DNA from: Felis catus
Taxonomy: Eukaryota
Reading direction: 5' to 3'
NCBI RefSeq assembly: GCF_018350175.1
Contig: NC_058369.1
Span: 21,454,001 to 21,518,000, forward strand
DNA length: 64,000 nucleotides
Below the pieces are notes generated by a model. That model saw nothing but the letters and a program-made list of their open reading frames with translations. It made no database searches and was not told the origin of the DNA. A program made the position numbers and the translations under genes. Within the stretch, counting starts at the first letter, position 1, and every line of letters begins with the position of its first letter. Of the stretch, positions 13,031 to 27,160 are shown piece after piece.

Positions 13031-15059
13031 TTCAGAGGTATAATTTATTGGCACAAATACATCTGTATTAAATACAGTTCAAGAATTTTGAGAAATGTAT
13101 ACACTGATGTGACCCTCACTACCAACATAGTAATTTCCATCACCCCCAAAAGTTATCTCATGTTCCTTTGTGGTCGGTCTCACCGTTACCACTCCAAGGC
13201 AACCACTAATCTGCTTGCTGTCACTAAAGATTCCGTTTCTGGAATTTCATACAAATGGACTCACATAGGACATATTCTCTTGAGCTGGAATCTTTTGCTC
13301 AGCATGTTCATCTATGTTGTTGCACGAATCAGTAGTTCATTCCTCTTTGTTGCTGACTGTATCCCCTCATTTGGATAGATCACAATTTGTTCATCCATTC
13401 ACATGCTGATGAACATTTGGATCGTTTCCAGCTTGGGGCAATTATGAATAAAGTTGTTATGAATATTCATGTACAAGTCCTTTTGTGGCCCTGTTTTCTT
13501 TTCTCTTAAGTAAATGTCTAGGGACAACATTGCTGGGTTATATGGCAGGTGTGATTTTCTTTGTAAGAAACTTTCAGTTTTCCAAAATGGTTGTGTCATT
13601 TTACATTTCTGCTATCAGTATACAAGAATGTCAAAGTTCATATTCTCTTCAACTTTTGGTATTGTCAATCTTTTAAATTTTAGCCATCCTTGTTGGGTAT
13701 GCAGTGGTATCATTTAATGTGCACTTCCCTGATGAACATCTTTTCATGTGCTTATTGGCCACCTGTATGTCTTCTTCAGAGAAATGCCTATTCCAATCCT
13801 TTGCCTATCATTAAACAACACTGTCTTTTAACTGAGTTGTCAGAATTCTTCACCTATGCTGGATGCAAGTCCTTTGTCAGATATTTTTTCCCCAGTCTGC
13901 ATCTCACCTTTCCATTTTCTTTACAGTCTATTCTGAATGTCAGAAATGCTTAATTTAGATGAAGTCTGACTTATCTTCCATTTACTTTATTTTTTTTTAA
14001 GTTCAAGCTTTTTGTGTCCTAAGATCTCTCTGCCTATCCCAAGGTCACAAAGACTTTCTCCGATGTTTCTTTCTAGAAGTGTCAGAGCTTTTGCTTCTAC
14101 ATCCAGATCTGTGATATATTTCTGCTCAATTTCTGTGTATGGTATCTGGCTTGTTTTTAAGCTCTGTGCCCTTTCCTGGGTTGGCAGTTAAGTTTGCAAA
14201 GCAGCTTTCTCAAATAAGGTACAATCTTTTGAGGTGTCCACCCAGTGCCCCCGGTGTTCAGTAAGGTCTCTCACCTAACTGGGAAGAAAAACATCTCCCG
14301 GCCCTAGAAAGAGTTGAGCTTACATCTTCCCAGCAGCTGTTCTTGGCTTTGCCTCATGAGTTTTACCCCATGCACGCACAAACCAATGTTCAGAAAGAGC
14401 CTTGAGGAGACCCCTGAGCAAATGTCTAGAGCTTTTTTTTTATGTAGTTTGTTTTTCTCCATATTGTTCCTGGAAATTCCAACTGCTCTGGCTTCCTCAA
14501 TTCTGTCTTCTCAACTTGGCAAGGCTGCTCGGCTCTGCTTGGGTTTCTGCTTGGGATTTGGAAATTGCCTCCGGCAGAAAGACCACAGGGCTCACCTCAT
14601 CATTTTCTTTCTCTCAGGGACCACTATCCTGAGCCGCCCGTTGCCCAATGTTTGCAAAGAGTTGTTTCACACATTTTGGTCTGTTTTCTGGTTGCTAACA
14701 GAAGACAGGCAAGTTCTATACCAGTGACTCCTTCATTGGCAAAAGTCTCTTTACCCACTTTTGTACAGGCTCAAATGTTAAATTTATCCACATGGGAGAG
14801 AGTCCTCGGACTTCAATGACAAGCCCTACGGGATTCCAATCTCAAAAGGAAAAGCCTATGGCTTTTTCCTGGCACACCTATCATGACTACACAAATGATT
14901 GCAATGATGCTCTTGAAGGAAAACCAAGCAGATGAAAGACAATGGGAACCAAATGGTGGTAAAGAATTCCATGTGCAGAGAAGACAGGAAGTCTACAGAG
15001 GTTAGGAAAGCAGTGTCCCCATGTCATGAAATACACGAGAACACTGCACACAACAGGCG

Positions 15060-15292
15060 GGCAGAGCAGTGGAAAGTCCCAGCACTGGGGTGAAACTCAC
15101 CGGTTTGAATTCCAGGATTCCAATTAGGAGCTGCCACAACCTTAGACAGTTCACTCAGCCTCTCTGTGCCTCAGTTTCCCCAGGTATACAATATAACAGG
15201 AGTACCTGCTTCGTGTGGCGAATGTGAGAAATAAATGAGTTAACATATATTTATGGTGCTTACAGGACTTGGCACATAATAAGCACTAAAAA
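15060..15292 (+). mobile_element. MIR
   Basis: MIR core cctctctgtgcctcagtttccc...gagttaacatat...ggcacataataagcact. Confidence 0.75.
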
Positions 15293-15728
15293 ACGTGACT
15301 CAGTATCATCACCAGACCAAACACTGGCCAAAGCACCTTTGGCCAAAATACCTTCAGTGCCTGTGGTTCTGACCTCCCAAGCAGGGGAGGCTTTACAAGA
15401 AGAACGAAAATACATCTTACATTTACACAGTCTCAGAATACCTCCCCAAAATTTACTTATTAATTGCAAAGGGAAAATTTTTCACTTCAGGGGAGAGACC
15501 TGGAGGGACCACCTTCCTCAAATCATCACGAGAACTTCACCAGCTCTGGGGTAAACCCACATCAGGCGCCCCAGGTTCTGACGCACTGAGGAGGTCACAA
15601 CATCACTTATGCAACATCCCCCCCCTCCCCCAAACAACCCGAAGGTAACCATGAGAAAACATTAAACAAACCCAATATGGGACATTTACAAAACCACTGG
15701 CCTGTACTTTTCAAAAACATCAAGGCCA

Positions 15729-15925
15729 AGGCGCCTGGGTGGCTCAGCTGGTTAAGCATCCAACTCTTGGTTTTGGCTCAGGTCATGGTCTCATGGCTCA
15801 TGGGTTTGAGTCCCTCATCGGGCTCTGTGCTGATAGTGTGGAGCCTGCTTTGCATTCTTTCTCCCTCTCTCCCTGCCCTTCCCCCGCTGACTCTCTCTCT
15901 CAAAAATAAACTTAAAAAAAAAAAT
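15729..15925 (+). mobile_element. Can-SINE inserted in an old L1M 3'UTR fragment
   Basis: ggcgcctgggtggctcag head, flanked by repeated tcaaggccaag. Confidence 0.87.
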
Positions 15926-17034
15926 TTAATTAGTTTTTAAAAAGTGTCAAGGCCAAGAAAGAGAAAGAAAGGTGGAGAAACTATTCCAAGACCAATAGAG
16001 ACTAAGTGTACTATGTTTCACTGCTGTCTTCCTGACCAGCTTCCAGGTGGGGAGCACCCAGTCAGAGCGCCCGCATGTGCCAGCCCCGAGCCTGGCCAGT
16101 AAGCCAGACAAGGCCCAAGGAAAGGCAGAGCCACACGGAGGTCATACCTGATTAGTACTGACTGACTGTCCTGCAACTTCAAAGGAGACTAGTATGGGCA
16201 AAGGTCATTAGGGGGAAGTTTCTTGGAAGCTGGGGAGGATGTGGCTAGGCCGGAAGGAAGGAGAAAAGCATTCAGGGGAAGGAATGTGAGTAAGGGGAAG
16301 AGGCAGGAACGGGTCTGGCAGGTTCGGGGGCTGGGAGAAGAGCAGCCCCGGGGCATCTTGCTGCATCCCAGTGTCCAATAACATTGCTGTTCTTGGCTTA
16401 GGTTATCGGGCAGACCATGGTGGCTGCACTGCCTGCAGCACAGAGAGAGTTCAGAAAAGGAGGATGGGGGCACCAGGTCCAGGAGCCTAGCTGTCCTGCA
16501 GGATGCCAGGACACCACGCCACTTTAGGTCAAGGCAAAGAAGGACCTGCCACATAACAGTACTGGCACCTATGCTATGGTCAGCGTGAGCGAGGGCAGAG
16601 GAGCTCCCTGGTACAGCTCAATGCTTCACCAGCTATGAACACCTTCAGACAGCAATCGCCTGCTCCACCCCCGCCCCTGCATCACCTCTCCTCACCCTCG
16701 TGCCTCACGTGATCACAGACCAAAATTCAGCTTAAGCCACGTCCACCCACATTGGCCCAGCCCAAGAATGTCCATTTTGGAGGGAACAAGATCACTAAGA
16801 AAAAGCTGCACCCAGAATATTGTCCCACCCACAGCAGTGGCCCTTGAACTACGGTGGTCCATAGCAAGACTACAGTGTATTTGTCGGCTGTATTCACTGA
16901 TGATTTTTACCTGTTAGGGCAGGGGGTATTAGTAAGTTGCTTACTTAAACACACTGAAAAAAACCAAACCCATATGTAATCTGCTCAGTGGACTGAGAGG
17001 CAATTTAACGTTCTTGTTAATTCTCATTTCATGG

Positions 17035-17070
<36 letters not shown>

Positions 17071-18409
17071 CAGCAACTAATGAGATTTCTCACAGAGAAA
17101 TTTGGGGATAGAATTACAAACCAGGGCCCCCTCTGCTGTGTCTAAAGGATCCCCCAGACCCATCTCTTTCTTTCCCAGGCTTCTGGAGCCCAGTTGCCTG
17201 CAGAGCTCAGACAGAGGGTGGGAACGGCAGTGGAAACAGCAGACCTATAATCTTCAAGTCTGCTGCGTCAGAACGACCTGCAAATATTTTGGGCCCAAAC
17301 GCATCACCCAAATAGAAACCCTGCTCTGGCACTCTCACGCCGCTTCGGCCAAAATGCTCACACTGTGCTTGGGTCTGGGCAAGAGAGGCGGTGTGCCCTG
17401 CTCCCGCAGGATTGTGTCTCAGGCTTGTCATTTAACTGGGACGATGCCAGTACCTCATTTCTCTACATCATTTTTCATGTTACTAAGTGAAGATGTCTTC
17501 TAAGAAAACAGAAAAGCCCATGAAGAACACTGATGAGCTTAAGAGGCTCATGGAGCCCATGGACTAGAACAAAAGCTGGGGGCAGAAAAGCATTTTGAGA
17601 GAAGTGAGCATATGAAAAATATAAGGTTGGTCCTGCTTGTGTCCTGAACTACTGTGCATATAACTTAGCCCACGAAAGAGAAAACTAAAGAAAAAGCATG
17701 AAAGCTCCTGATACCTCTCACTGACTGAATACAGGAAAAGCCACAGATACTCAACACCAAGTCTTTCAAAGAAATTTTAGAGCCAAGAAAAAAACACCGG
17801 TCGAGTGCCCCAGCCAGCCGAGTGACCCTTCTTCCCCTACCCGCGTGCCACTCCACTGCCCCCACATGAAAGCCCGCCCCAGGTAAGGCCCAGCCTCACA
17901 CAAAGCTGCTCGAGCTGGGCCTGCCTCCAGCACGGCATGCCCTTTAGAATGAGGAGGACACTACATCAAACGAAATGTGGGAGGGATGTGTCAGATGCTA
18001 AGACAGGATTGCAGTAACTCCAGTTCGAAGTCTTTTCATCATAGGTACAGAGGTGGTTTCAGTGGCTGACAATCCTGTGGCAGGTACAGGATTTCTAGAA
18101 TGTACCTGACAATTGGCATTCTCATAAGACGTTCTTCAGCAGAGCCCAAGCCCACCAAAGCCTGGGACCATGCTCACAGACCATGCCTCCCCTGCCCTGG
18201 CATCAGTCTTGTAGCCACACCAGGCAGCTGTCCAGAATGGAGGCCAGGAGCATCCCTGCTTCCTCTACACCTGGGTGGAATATGGTGGGCAGCCAACAAA
18301 GCTAGTTAACAATAAGGAACGGCTTCATTTATTAGCTAAAAGCAAGGTCTCTGGAGCTGGACAGCCTGTTCCTCAGGGGGACCCCATGAGATCCAAAAGG
18401 GACATGATC

Positions 18410-18488
18410 AGGGTGCATGGGTGGCTCAGTTGAGCATCTGACTCTTGATTTCAGCTCAGGTGATGATCCCAGCCTGCTCGCGCGCGCA

Positions 18489-18531
<43 letters not shown>

Positions 18532-18732
18532 GAGGCACTTGGGTGGCTCAGTCAGTTGAGCATCTGACTTCGGCTCAGGTCATGATCTCACAGTTTGAGT
18601 TTGAGCCCCACATTGGGCTCTGTGCTGACAGCTCAGAGCCTGGAGCCTGCTTCAGGTTCTGTGTGTGTCTCTCTCTCTGCCCCTCCCCAGCTCATGCTCT
18701 CTCTCTCTCTCTGCTTCAAAAACAAATAAACA

Positions 18733-18763
<31 letters not shown>

Positions 18764-18830
18764 TTCTCTGTCACCTTCTGCCCCTCTCCCTCACTTATTC
18801 TCTCTCTAAAAAAACAAAAATAAAAAATAC
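18410..18830 (+). mobile_element. Nested Can-SINE pair (inner copy about 18533-18761)
   Basis: Two SINE heads. The outer body resumes after the inner A tail. gggacatgat is repeated at 18399-18408 and 18833-18842. Confidence 0.8.
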
Positions 18831-19458
18831 ATGGGACATGATAAAGTTGCTTCAAAAGAAAGGCTCTCAGAAAAACAGTCCAAATGGAGCATGAAGTAAA
18901 CGCAGAAGCTGACTTGCCATCCAATAATTTAACGCATCCTCCTTTTTAAGTGCAAGCTATAGGAAAAGACGCTGAACAAGGAAAGCCATCTTCCAGAGCT
19001 TCTAGCCTCTGAAACACTCGGCCTCCTTCTCTGAGAGCCTCTGTCCCATGCTCTCCAGCCCCGAGGAGGACGGCCCTGCTCACAGTCTCCTCTGGACTTC
19101 AGCTCTCACCACCGCATGTCCCCTTCCCATTGCTTCCCTCCCTGGTGCTGTGCTCCAGCAGGGCTCCCCCGTGGACACTTCCCGAGCTGCAGGCAGAACC
19201 CCTCATCCCTTCCCTCAAGGCTTCATTGACTCCCTTCGCACTGTCCGGGACACAGCCCCCTCCAGCCAAGAGCCCCCGGAGGACGGGGTGTGGGTCCTAG
19301 CAGTCCCTTGTCGAGGCAACACCCAGCACCACGTGTGGCACCCAGGCCCTTAAGCCCTGTCGCTGCACTGTTCTCATCCTTCAGGAGCAACATACTGACT
19401 GAATCTGCTCTCCAGGGCTCCCCTGGGAGTTCACCGAGTGATCCACAAACTGAACACA

Positions 19459-19681
19459 TGCAGTTCTTAACAGGGACAACTGTGCGCCCTCCCCGCCAGG
19501 ACATACTGGGCAGTGCCTGGAGTCATTTTTGTCTGTCTCAGCTTGAGGGAGGAGGGTGCTATTAGCATCTAGTGGGTAGAGGTCAGGGATGCTGCGAAAC
19601 ACCCAACAACACACAGGACAGCCCTGCGGTAAAGAATTACTTGGCCCCAAATGTCAACAGTGTCAAAGTGAAAAACTGTGG
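19459..19681. mobile_element. MER20 (hAT-Charlie) DNA transposon
   Basis: gcatctagtgggtagaggtcagggatgctg...aagaattacttggccccaaatgtcaacagtg is characteristic of MER20. Confidence 0.82.
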
Positions 19682-21044
19682 GTTTGATGGAGAACTTCCA
19701 AGGAGTGGGGTGCCTGAGAGACTCAAAGGCTACTTCTATGCATACGTGAGGAAAAGGATAACTTATGGGTTATCCCTAACTCAAGGTTATCAACCACACT
19801 CCTTAGTCCCCAAGGAAACACAGCAGGAGGGCTGTGGATAGGCCTCCTCCTCACCAGTTCCTCAGTGGACTCGGGTACCCCCTCCCCAGTGCTTCTGGGA
19901 GGCTCCGTCTCTGGGTACGAGTGCCATCCTCATGCAGCCACGGAGAACCTGCATGGAGGCCCAGGCTGGGAAAGCAAACCTCAGATGTAACTCGTACGTG
20001 CACAAAATGATTGGTTAAGAAATTTCAAACGTATATTTTCATGCTATCAATAGCCATAAAACAGCCTGAAGTTCCAGATAACACTTTGGACACAAAAAAA
20101 GAATCATAAAGAAAGAAAATCAGAGTTGTCTAAACAGGAAAAAATGAGGCAAAGTAGCCAGGGTATAGGGTAATCAGAGGGCGCGCCTGTGTGGAAAGAG
20201 AGGCAAGAAGGCAGGCTGGAGTAGAGGAAGAGGCTAAGGGGGTTTGGAGTCTGATGGATCTGGTTTACATTTCAGCTCTATAGCTACTAACCAGGACCTT
20301 GCTTGCTGTCCCCATTCCTTCCAGGGGCCTGGGAGGTCCATGAAGTGCTGGGCACAAGAGCCAGCACAGTGGAGACTCAGTGCAGAGCAAGCCACAAGGA
20401 AGACACCGGCTCTAGCTGCCGGCGCCCCCCACCTGCCATCACAGGCCCTGGGGCGTGTAAGGCCAGGAACTCGGATACAGGTTAATCACCTGTAACCAGG
20501 CTGCCCCATTCTACCCACTGCCCTCTCCAGGCCCACATGAGACTCTGCAGGTGAAAACACAGGGTAGGGTTAGGTGAAGAAAGGAGAGCATTACCTGTAC
20601 TATAGCCACCTGCTTCGGGTACATGCTAATCAAGTTTTCTACCATTGTGCAGTCTATGAAAAGAGGGCTGAAGGTAAAGATGTTGTGCAAACAAGACAGC
20701 AAGGGAAATGTTTAACCTAGTTTAGAACACAAGTTACTCAAGCACCTGTGAAACGTTCTTCAATGGGACTCATGAGTGCAAATACTGTACTAACAATGAG
20801 GATGACTTCGCTCCGTGCCCCTTACAAGTGCCTGATACTGATCCAGCTTCCTTACATTCTTTCTAATCCCCACAGTCCCAGAAAAATTATTATTCCCCTC
20901 TTACTGGGGAGCAAACAGAACCTTTGGGAAATATACATAGGTTGCTCAAGGGCACAGTGTGGCAGAAGCAGACGTGGAAGCCAGGTCAGACTGGTTCCAG
21001 AGCCAGGGATCCCACTATTTTTAACCACCTCTAAAATTCCTTCA

Positions 21045-21272
21045 GGGGCGCCTAGGTGGCGCAGTCGGTTAAGCGTCCGACTTCAGCCAGGTCACGATCT
21101 CGTGGTCCGTGAGTTCGAGCCCTGCGTCGGGCTCTGGGCTGATGGCTCGGAGCCTGGAGCCTGTTTCCGATTCTGTGTCTCCCTCTCTCTCTGCCCCTCC
21201 CCCATTCATGCTCTGTCTCTCTCTGTCCCAAAAATAAATAAAAAACGTTGAAAAAAAAATTAAAAAAAAAAT
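21045..21272 (+). mobile_element. Young felid SINEC_Fc-type element with TSD
   Basis: Diagnostic ggcgcagtcgg...cagccaggtcacgatc...gggctgatggctcgg. TSD aaaattccttca on both sides. Confidence 0.92.
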
Positions 21273-21347
21273 AAAATTCCTTCAAAGGGACTTCATCTTC
21301 ATGCAAATATTATACTAACTGCAAAGGATTTTAAACAGATCATTAAA

Positions 21348-21550
21348 GGGGCGCCTGGGTGGCTCAGTCGGTTAAGCATCCGACTTCGGCTCAGGTCATG
21401 ATCTCGTGGTTTACGAGTTCAAGCCCCGCATCGGGCTCTGTGCTGACAGCTCGGAGCCTGGAGCCTGCTCTGGATTGTGTCTCCCCCTCTCTCTCTGCCC
21501 CTCCCCCACTTGTGCTCTGTCTCTCCTTCAAAAATAAATAAACATTAAAA
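21348..21550 (+). mobile_element. Can-SINE
   Basis: Full head, (CT)n and A tail. Confidence 0.9.
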
Positions 21551-21586
21551 AGGCAAGGCCATTAAAAACAAATAACAACAAAAACA

Positions 21587-21588
21587 GT

Positions 21589-21633
<45 letters not shown>
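21587..21633. repeat. (GT)n microsatellite ending in (GC)n
   Basis: Direct observation. Confidence 0.92.
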
Positions 21634-21634
<1 letters not shown>

Positions 21635-21679
21635 CCGTGTTTAGGGGGAGATTTTTCTACTGTAAAAGTGACTTCAAAA

Positions 21680-22085
21680 CACAACCAAATGCTATGTGTG
21701 GACCTTGACTGGCTCACAGGTTTTAAAAACTCCAGCTATGGGAGATTTGTGATGTGTGGGGTAGTGTGAACATGGACTGGATGTTAGATGATATTGTGGA
21801 GTTATCCATTTTCTTACGCATGATCGTGAAACTGTGATTATGTAGAAGACTGTCCTTATTCTCAGGAGACTCAACTGAAATTTTTCGGGGTAAAGTATGA
21901 TCCTGGCTGCAACTCAGCTTCAAATGGCTTGGCCAAAAAAAAAAAAGAAAAAAAAAGTACAAAGAGAGAAAACAGATGTGGCAAAACATGAACAATTTCT
22001 GAACTAGGCAGAGGGCAGATAGTGTATTATCACTGTGTTATTTTTCATCTTTGCTGCATGTTTGACGTTTTGTATGATAAAAACT
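21680..22085 (+). mobile_element. Old L1M 3'UTR fragment
   Basis: catggactggatgttagatgatatt, gtccttattctcaggaga and tgtggcaaaa motifs typical of L1MC/ME 3' ends. Confidence 0.6.
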
Positions 22086-22703
22086 GGAATAGGGTAGGCA
22101 GAGGTGATTCCAGGAAGGGGTGGTCCCAGCAGGTCTGTGTGTACAGAACACATAAGGAGGCTGTTCACCATGTGAGAAAACACCAGGGACTCTTGTATAA
22201 GATTAAGATTTCAAGGCTGGGCAGACTGGTTTGTGATGTTACTTTGGGTCTCAGGAACACTATCATTTCTCAATGCCAGCAGTATTTTTGTAAAACACGG
22301 CCACCCTCACCCAGCTGGCTAGTCCCCACATCTGTAACATGCAAATAGGCACAGGTAGATTTATCCAAGCTTTCAAAATGCTTGTTGTGTTAAAAACCAA
22401 CTCTGTCTAAACTTTGGCCCAGAACTTCAACTGTGCACGGCGAAAGAGGCTTGCATTTGCTTTGCATCACACGTCCTGGGAGTAAACACTCCCAAATGCC
22501 AACACACACACTGGTCAACGCTGACCTCTGGCTGGCAGCTGGGCCACTGCCCTGCAGTGGAACAGTGTGCTGAGTTTCTGAGACTGCTCAGCTCTGCTCT
22601 GCTGGGACTCTGGGCTGAGTGACTTCATTGAACCACAGACTGGAGATAAAGCCATCAAAACATGAGGAACTGCTCAGCAGGCAGGTCATGACAAGTCCCT
22701 CAT

Positions 22704-22900
22704 TTATTTATTTTTTGACTTATTTTTTTTTTTTTAAATATAATTTATTGTCAAGTTGGCTAACATACAGTGTGTACAGCGTGCTCTTGGTTTCGGGGGT
22801 AGATTCCCGTGATTCATCGCTTACATGTAACACCCAGTGCTCATCCCAGCAAGTGCCCTCCTCAATGCCCATCACCCATTTTCCCCTCTCCCGCCCCCCA
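22704..22900 (-). mobile_element. Very short (about 200 nt) carnivore L1 3'-end insertion with TSD
   Basis: aacacccagtgctcatcccagcaagtgccctcctcaatgcccatcaccca. TSD acaagtccctcat at 22691-22703 and 22901-22913. Confidence 0.85.
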
Positions 22901-23253
22901 ACAAGTCCCTCATGTAAAGCATTTTTTTCTACTCAGACACCAAGGCTTCTCAGTGATATCCCAGAGAACCAGAGCGGGAAGTCCCTTAATAAGCTTGCCT
23001 CTGAGTGTGTTCAGCTTTCCTCACATACAAAGGGTAGCTTAGGTGGAGCCTCTGGAAAGCTCACTACTTAGCAAGGTGTCGCTGACACTGAAACATGTCT
23101 GTGGATGCTGGCCCATAATAGTCAGTGTGTTTATGTAGCTCGAAGAAAGACTCCAGGCATCACTTGGCACTCAAACTCTCATCCACCTGGGCTGAGACCG
23201 TCTAAAAACCCCCACAACAGAGGTAAGCACTGTGATGGGAGATCCTTGTGGGG

Positions 23254-23472
23254 ATCAAAATCCTCCCCTGAGACATTAATATATACTATAATAATGTTAT
23301 TAATTATTAATCTAATAATATTATGTAGCAACAATTATAATAAATTAATCTATATTGTATATTATAACATATTATATTATTATGCTATAATATGTTATAT
23401 ATATTATACATTGTTATATATAATAACATTATCATTAATATATATATTAACATCTCAGGAGAGGATTTTGAT
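23254..23472. repeat. Inverted repeat (32-bp arms) enclosing an AT-only core
   Basis: 23254-23285 versus the reverse complement of 23441-23472 match at 29/32. Confidence 0.92.
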
Positions 23473-23865
23473 TGTATATATATATCAGAAGACATCTTCC
23501 AGGACAAAACCCTCCAGGTAAAAAACAACAACCTGTAAATGGAGACCAAAAGTGATATTCTGGGTAGAAAAAGAAACAAAGACAGTGGTCTAAGGATCCA
23601 CTGAAATCAGGGATGTGAAGTGATGAAAAGTCCCTTGGCCTGCCTGGCAGAGAAGGGGGTGCAGCTGATGGCACAGAGCTGGTCTGACAGGAAAATGGGA
23701 CAGTACCTGCCCGCAGAGCTGGGGAACTGTCAGAGAGGAGAGGAAGTAAGCCCATGGCACAGGGGGACAAAAGCTCTCAGGAGGGAAAGACTGTGACCCC
23801 AAAGAGGGTAGGGACTGTTAAACTGCTCAGGAGAGATGATTGCTATTTAAAATACGCTTGACAAT

Positions 23866-24070
23866 GGGGCGCCTGGGTGGCTCAGTCGGTTAAGCATCAG
23901 ACTCTTGGTTTTGGCTCAGGTCATGTTCTCATGGTTTGTGGGTTCGAGCCCAATATTGGGCTCCACGCTGACAGGAGCCTGCTTGGGATTCTCTCTCTTT
24001 CTCTCTCTGCCCATCCCCTACTCGTGAGCTCGCTCGTACACTCTCTCAAATAAACTTAAAAAAAAAAAAA
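23866..24070 (+). mobile_element. Can-SINE with TSD
   Basis: Full head. Flanks atttaaaatacgcttgacaa and atttaaaatatgctcaacaa. Confidence 0.88.
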
Positions 24071-26369
24071 GAATTTAAAATATGCTCAACAAAATAAACG
24101 GTAGAATTGATGATGAAGGATGGAGTGGCCTCATTTTCACACACCAAGACCTCCCGCAAGGGCTGCAAGGTGCACGCTCCTGTCATGGGAGCCTGGCACT
24201 CTAGCCAGCAGCTCTGCTGGACTGGGGAACCGACGCCGTGTCTGGGAAGACAGAGCCCCCCAAAGCCAAACCGCTCACAGACTTCCCTGAGAGACCCCCT
24301 CCCTTTTCCCAGAGGGAAAAGCCCCACAGTTCTCTGGACAGACCAACAAGTCTAGGAGATGAGCAAGGGCAGACACAGTCCTCGCCCTTCTACCTCTTCT
24401 CCCTGACCCTCTTCCTCATCACAGTCCCAGGACCCAGTGCCCATTTCCACACGCTCCCTCCACGTCTAGCCTTACGCTGAGCAAAAGGCCACGCTGTTGT
24501 CCGGTCTTTGCATACAGAAAGCGCCAACCGCAGTGGGGTTTGCACACGTGCTCGCACCAAAGATTAGGCAAAGCAAGTGTGTCCCTGAAGGCTTCAGGGC
24601 CAGTGCCGTCACTCTGAACACAGGCAACCTGGCACACTTCTCAGCAGTGGGCAACTCTGCCCGTCATAATCACATTTCATTCTCTCAACCACAAGTATCA
24701 AGCCCTCAGGAATAAGTTGGGCCATCGGCATTAATCAAATCCACGGAAACAGCCAGAGGTAGGCTAGGAAATCTTAGGTCAGGGAACACAATGCAAAGTA
24801 AGCCTGTAGTTCCTTCAGAGAGAAAGGAGGGCCAGCTGGAGGAGACAGAAGTAGGAGGGGAGTGGAGACCCGCGCACAATGTCTTGAAAACACACACATA
24901 CAGTTCATGCACCCAAGTCAGCAGCTGATTTGGGCTAAGTCATCACAAATTATTCCTGGGGGAACAAGTTGGTATTTGTTCAACAGGGAAAATAGCAAGA
25001 CAAGTAGAGACTAAAAAGGAAAGAAAAAGTGGCAAACGTATACAGTCGGACACTTGTTGTAAGATTTATCAAGGCCAGACAATCAGAAGAAAATGGCATC
25101 CAAGAAAAGCCTCTTTGGGGTCACCTGGAGCCTGGGATAATTCACTCAAATAAGCCCTGTATTAGTTATAACAAGCAAAACTCTAAATCTAGCAACTCCA
25201 CGCTATAAGATGCACACAGCAGCAGGACCCCTCCCTAACGCTAAGGAGCATACTCTCTGCAGAAACTTCCCACTCTGCCCATGTGAGCACAGTGGGGAAG
25301 TTTTGAGAACCAGTCATTTTGGAATTAATGCCTCTGTACAGATAGTTATAACCCTTCCTTCCCCAAAATGCAATCACAGGGGCACTCCTAGGCCTACAGC
25401 CAACCAAAGCCTCCTGTTACTGTAATAAAGGTAAGGATGTGCTCCAAGAAAACAATACAAACCCATGACACACAGCACACATGACAACAGGGTGGAACTT
25501 CTAGTTCTCCAGAAGGGCCATCTGGGGTTTTCTCCTCCATCAGCAAACCCTCAAGGAAGAACCAACAGGGACTTAGCACAGGGATTCTGAGACCTCCCCA
25601 GACCCTCTGAACCTCCTCCTCCATTCAGCAAGCCACTTGGTTGTCCCAAGTCTCATGCAAAGGAAGAAAAGTTGAAATACAAGTAACAGAACTGCGCTGG
25701 GAAAGGGAACCACCAGGGGAGGCCTGAGAAGCAACTTAATTAGGAAAGCTTGGGACAGGGACGGAACAGGCGAACCTATTCAGGAAGGAGGGGAAAGAGG
25801 AGACGTGGGGAAGAAGGCAGTCCGGGTGGGTCCTGCTCCAACCAAAACAGAAAAAAAAAAAGCTGGGGGGAAAGGTGAGGGCGAGGGGGCAGGAGGGAGT
25901 AGTACTGAGGACGCAATGCATGGCCTTACAATCCAGACATTGCAAAGTAACAGGATTTAAAAGCAAAGCTTTGGGATGTGAAAGAGCAGGAAAAAGCCCA
26001 GCAGCAGACTAGGGATTTAGAGATGCAGGTTAAAAGTGAGAAGGGGAGGCTAGGAAGAGACTCTAAAAGGGGGCACAAAGGACTGTTCCAACTGGGGGTT
26101 CACGGCCCCAGGCTGGAAAGCCTTAAGTCACGGTAACAAGGTAGCGGGAATGGTGGTGGGGGGGGGGGGGGCAGGGAGCTAGTTTTAGTTTTAGGCAGGT
26201 ATCTCGGAAGACAGGCATGAGCAAGCTGGAGGAAAGGAGGTGGGGTGAACCCTGGCTAGAGGCTGCAGCGATAAGGCGAGAGACTCAGGACCCTGGGTCG
26301 GGGCCAGAGCCTCCTCTAGTTTGGGAATGCCCAGCCCGGGCTCTCGGGCAGAAAGCACCCCAGGCCTTA

Positions 26370-27160
<791 letters not shown>

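Larger units (their letters stand above)
11745..14725 (-). mobile_element. Old fragmented L1 (L1M-type) block, interrupted by a SINE and an AT expansion
   Basis: T-rich antisense-L1 texture with 3'-end motifs (ttcatccattca, tttccagcttggggcaattatgaataaag). Confidence 0.7.
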
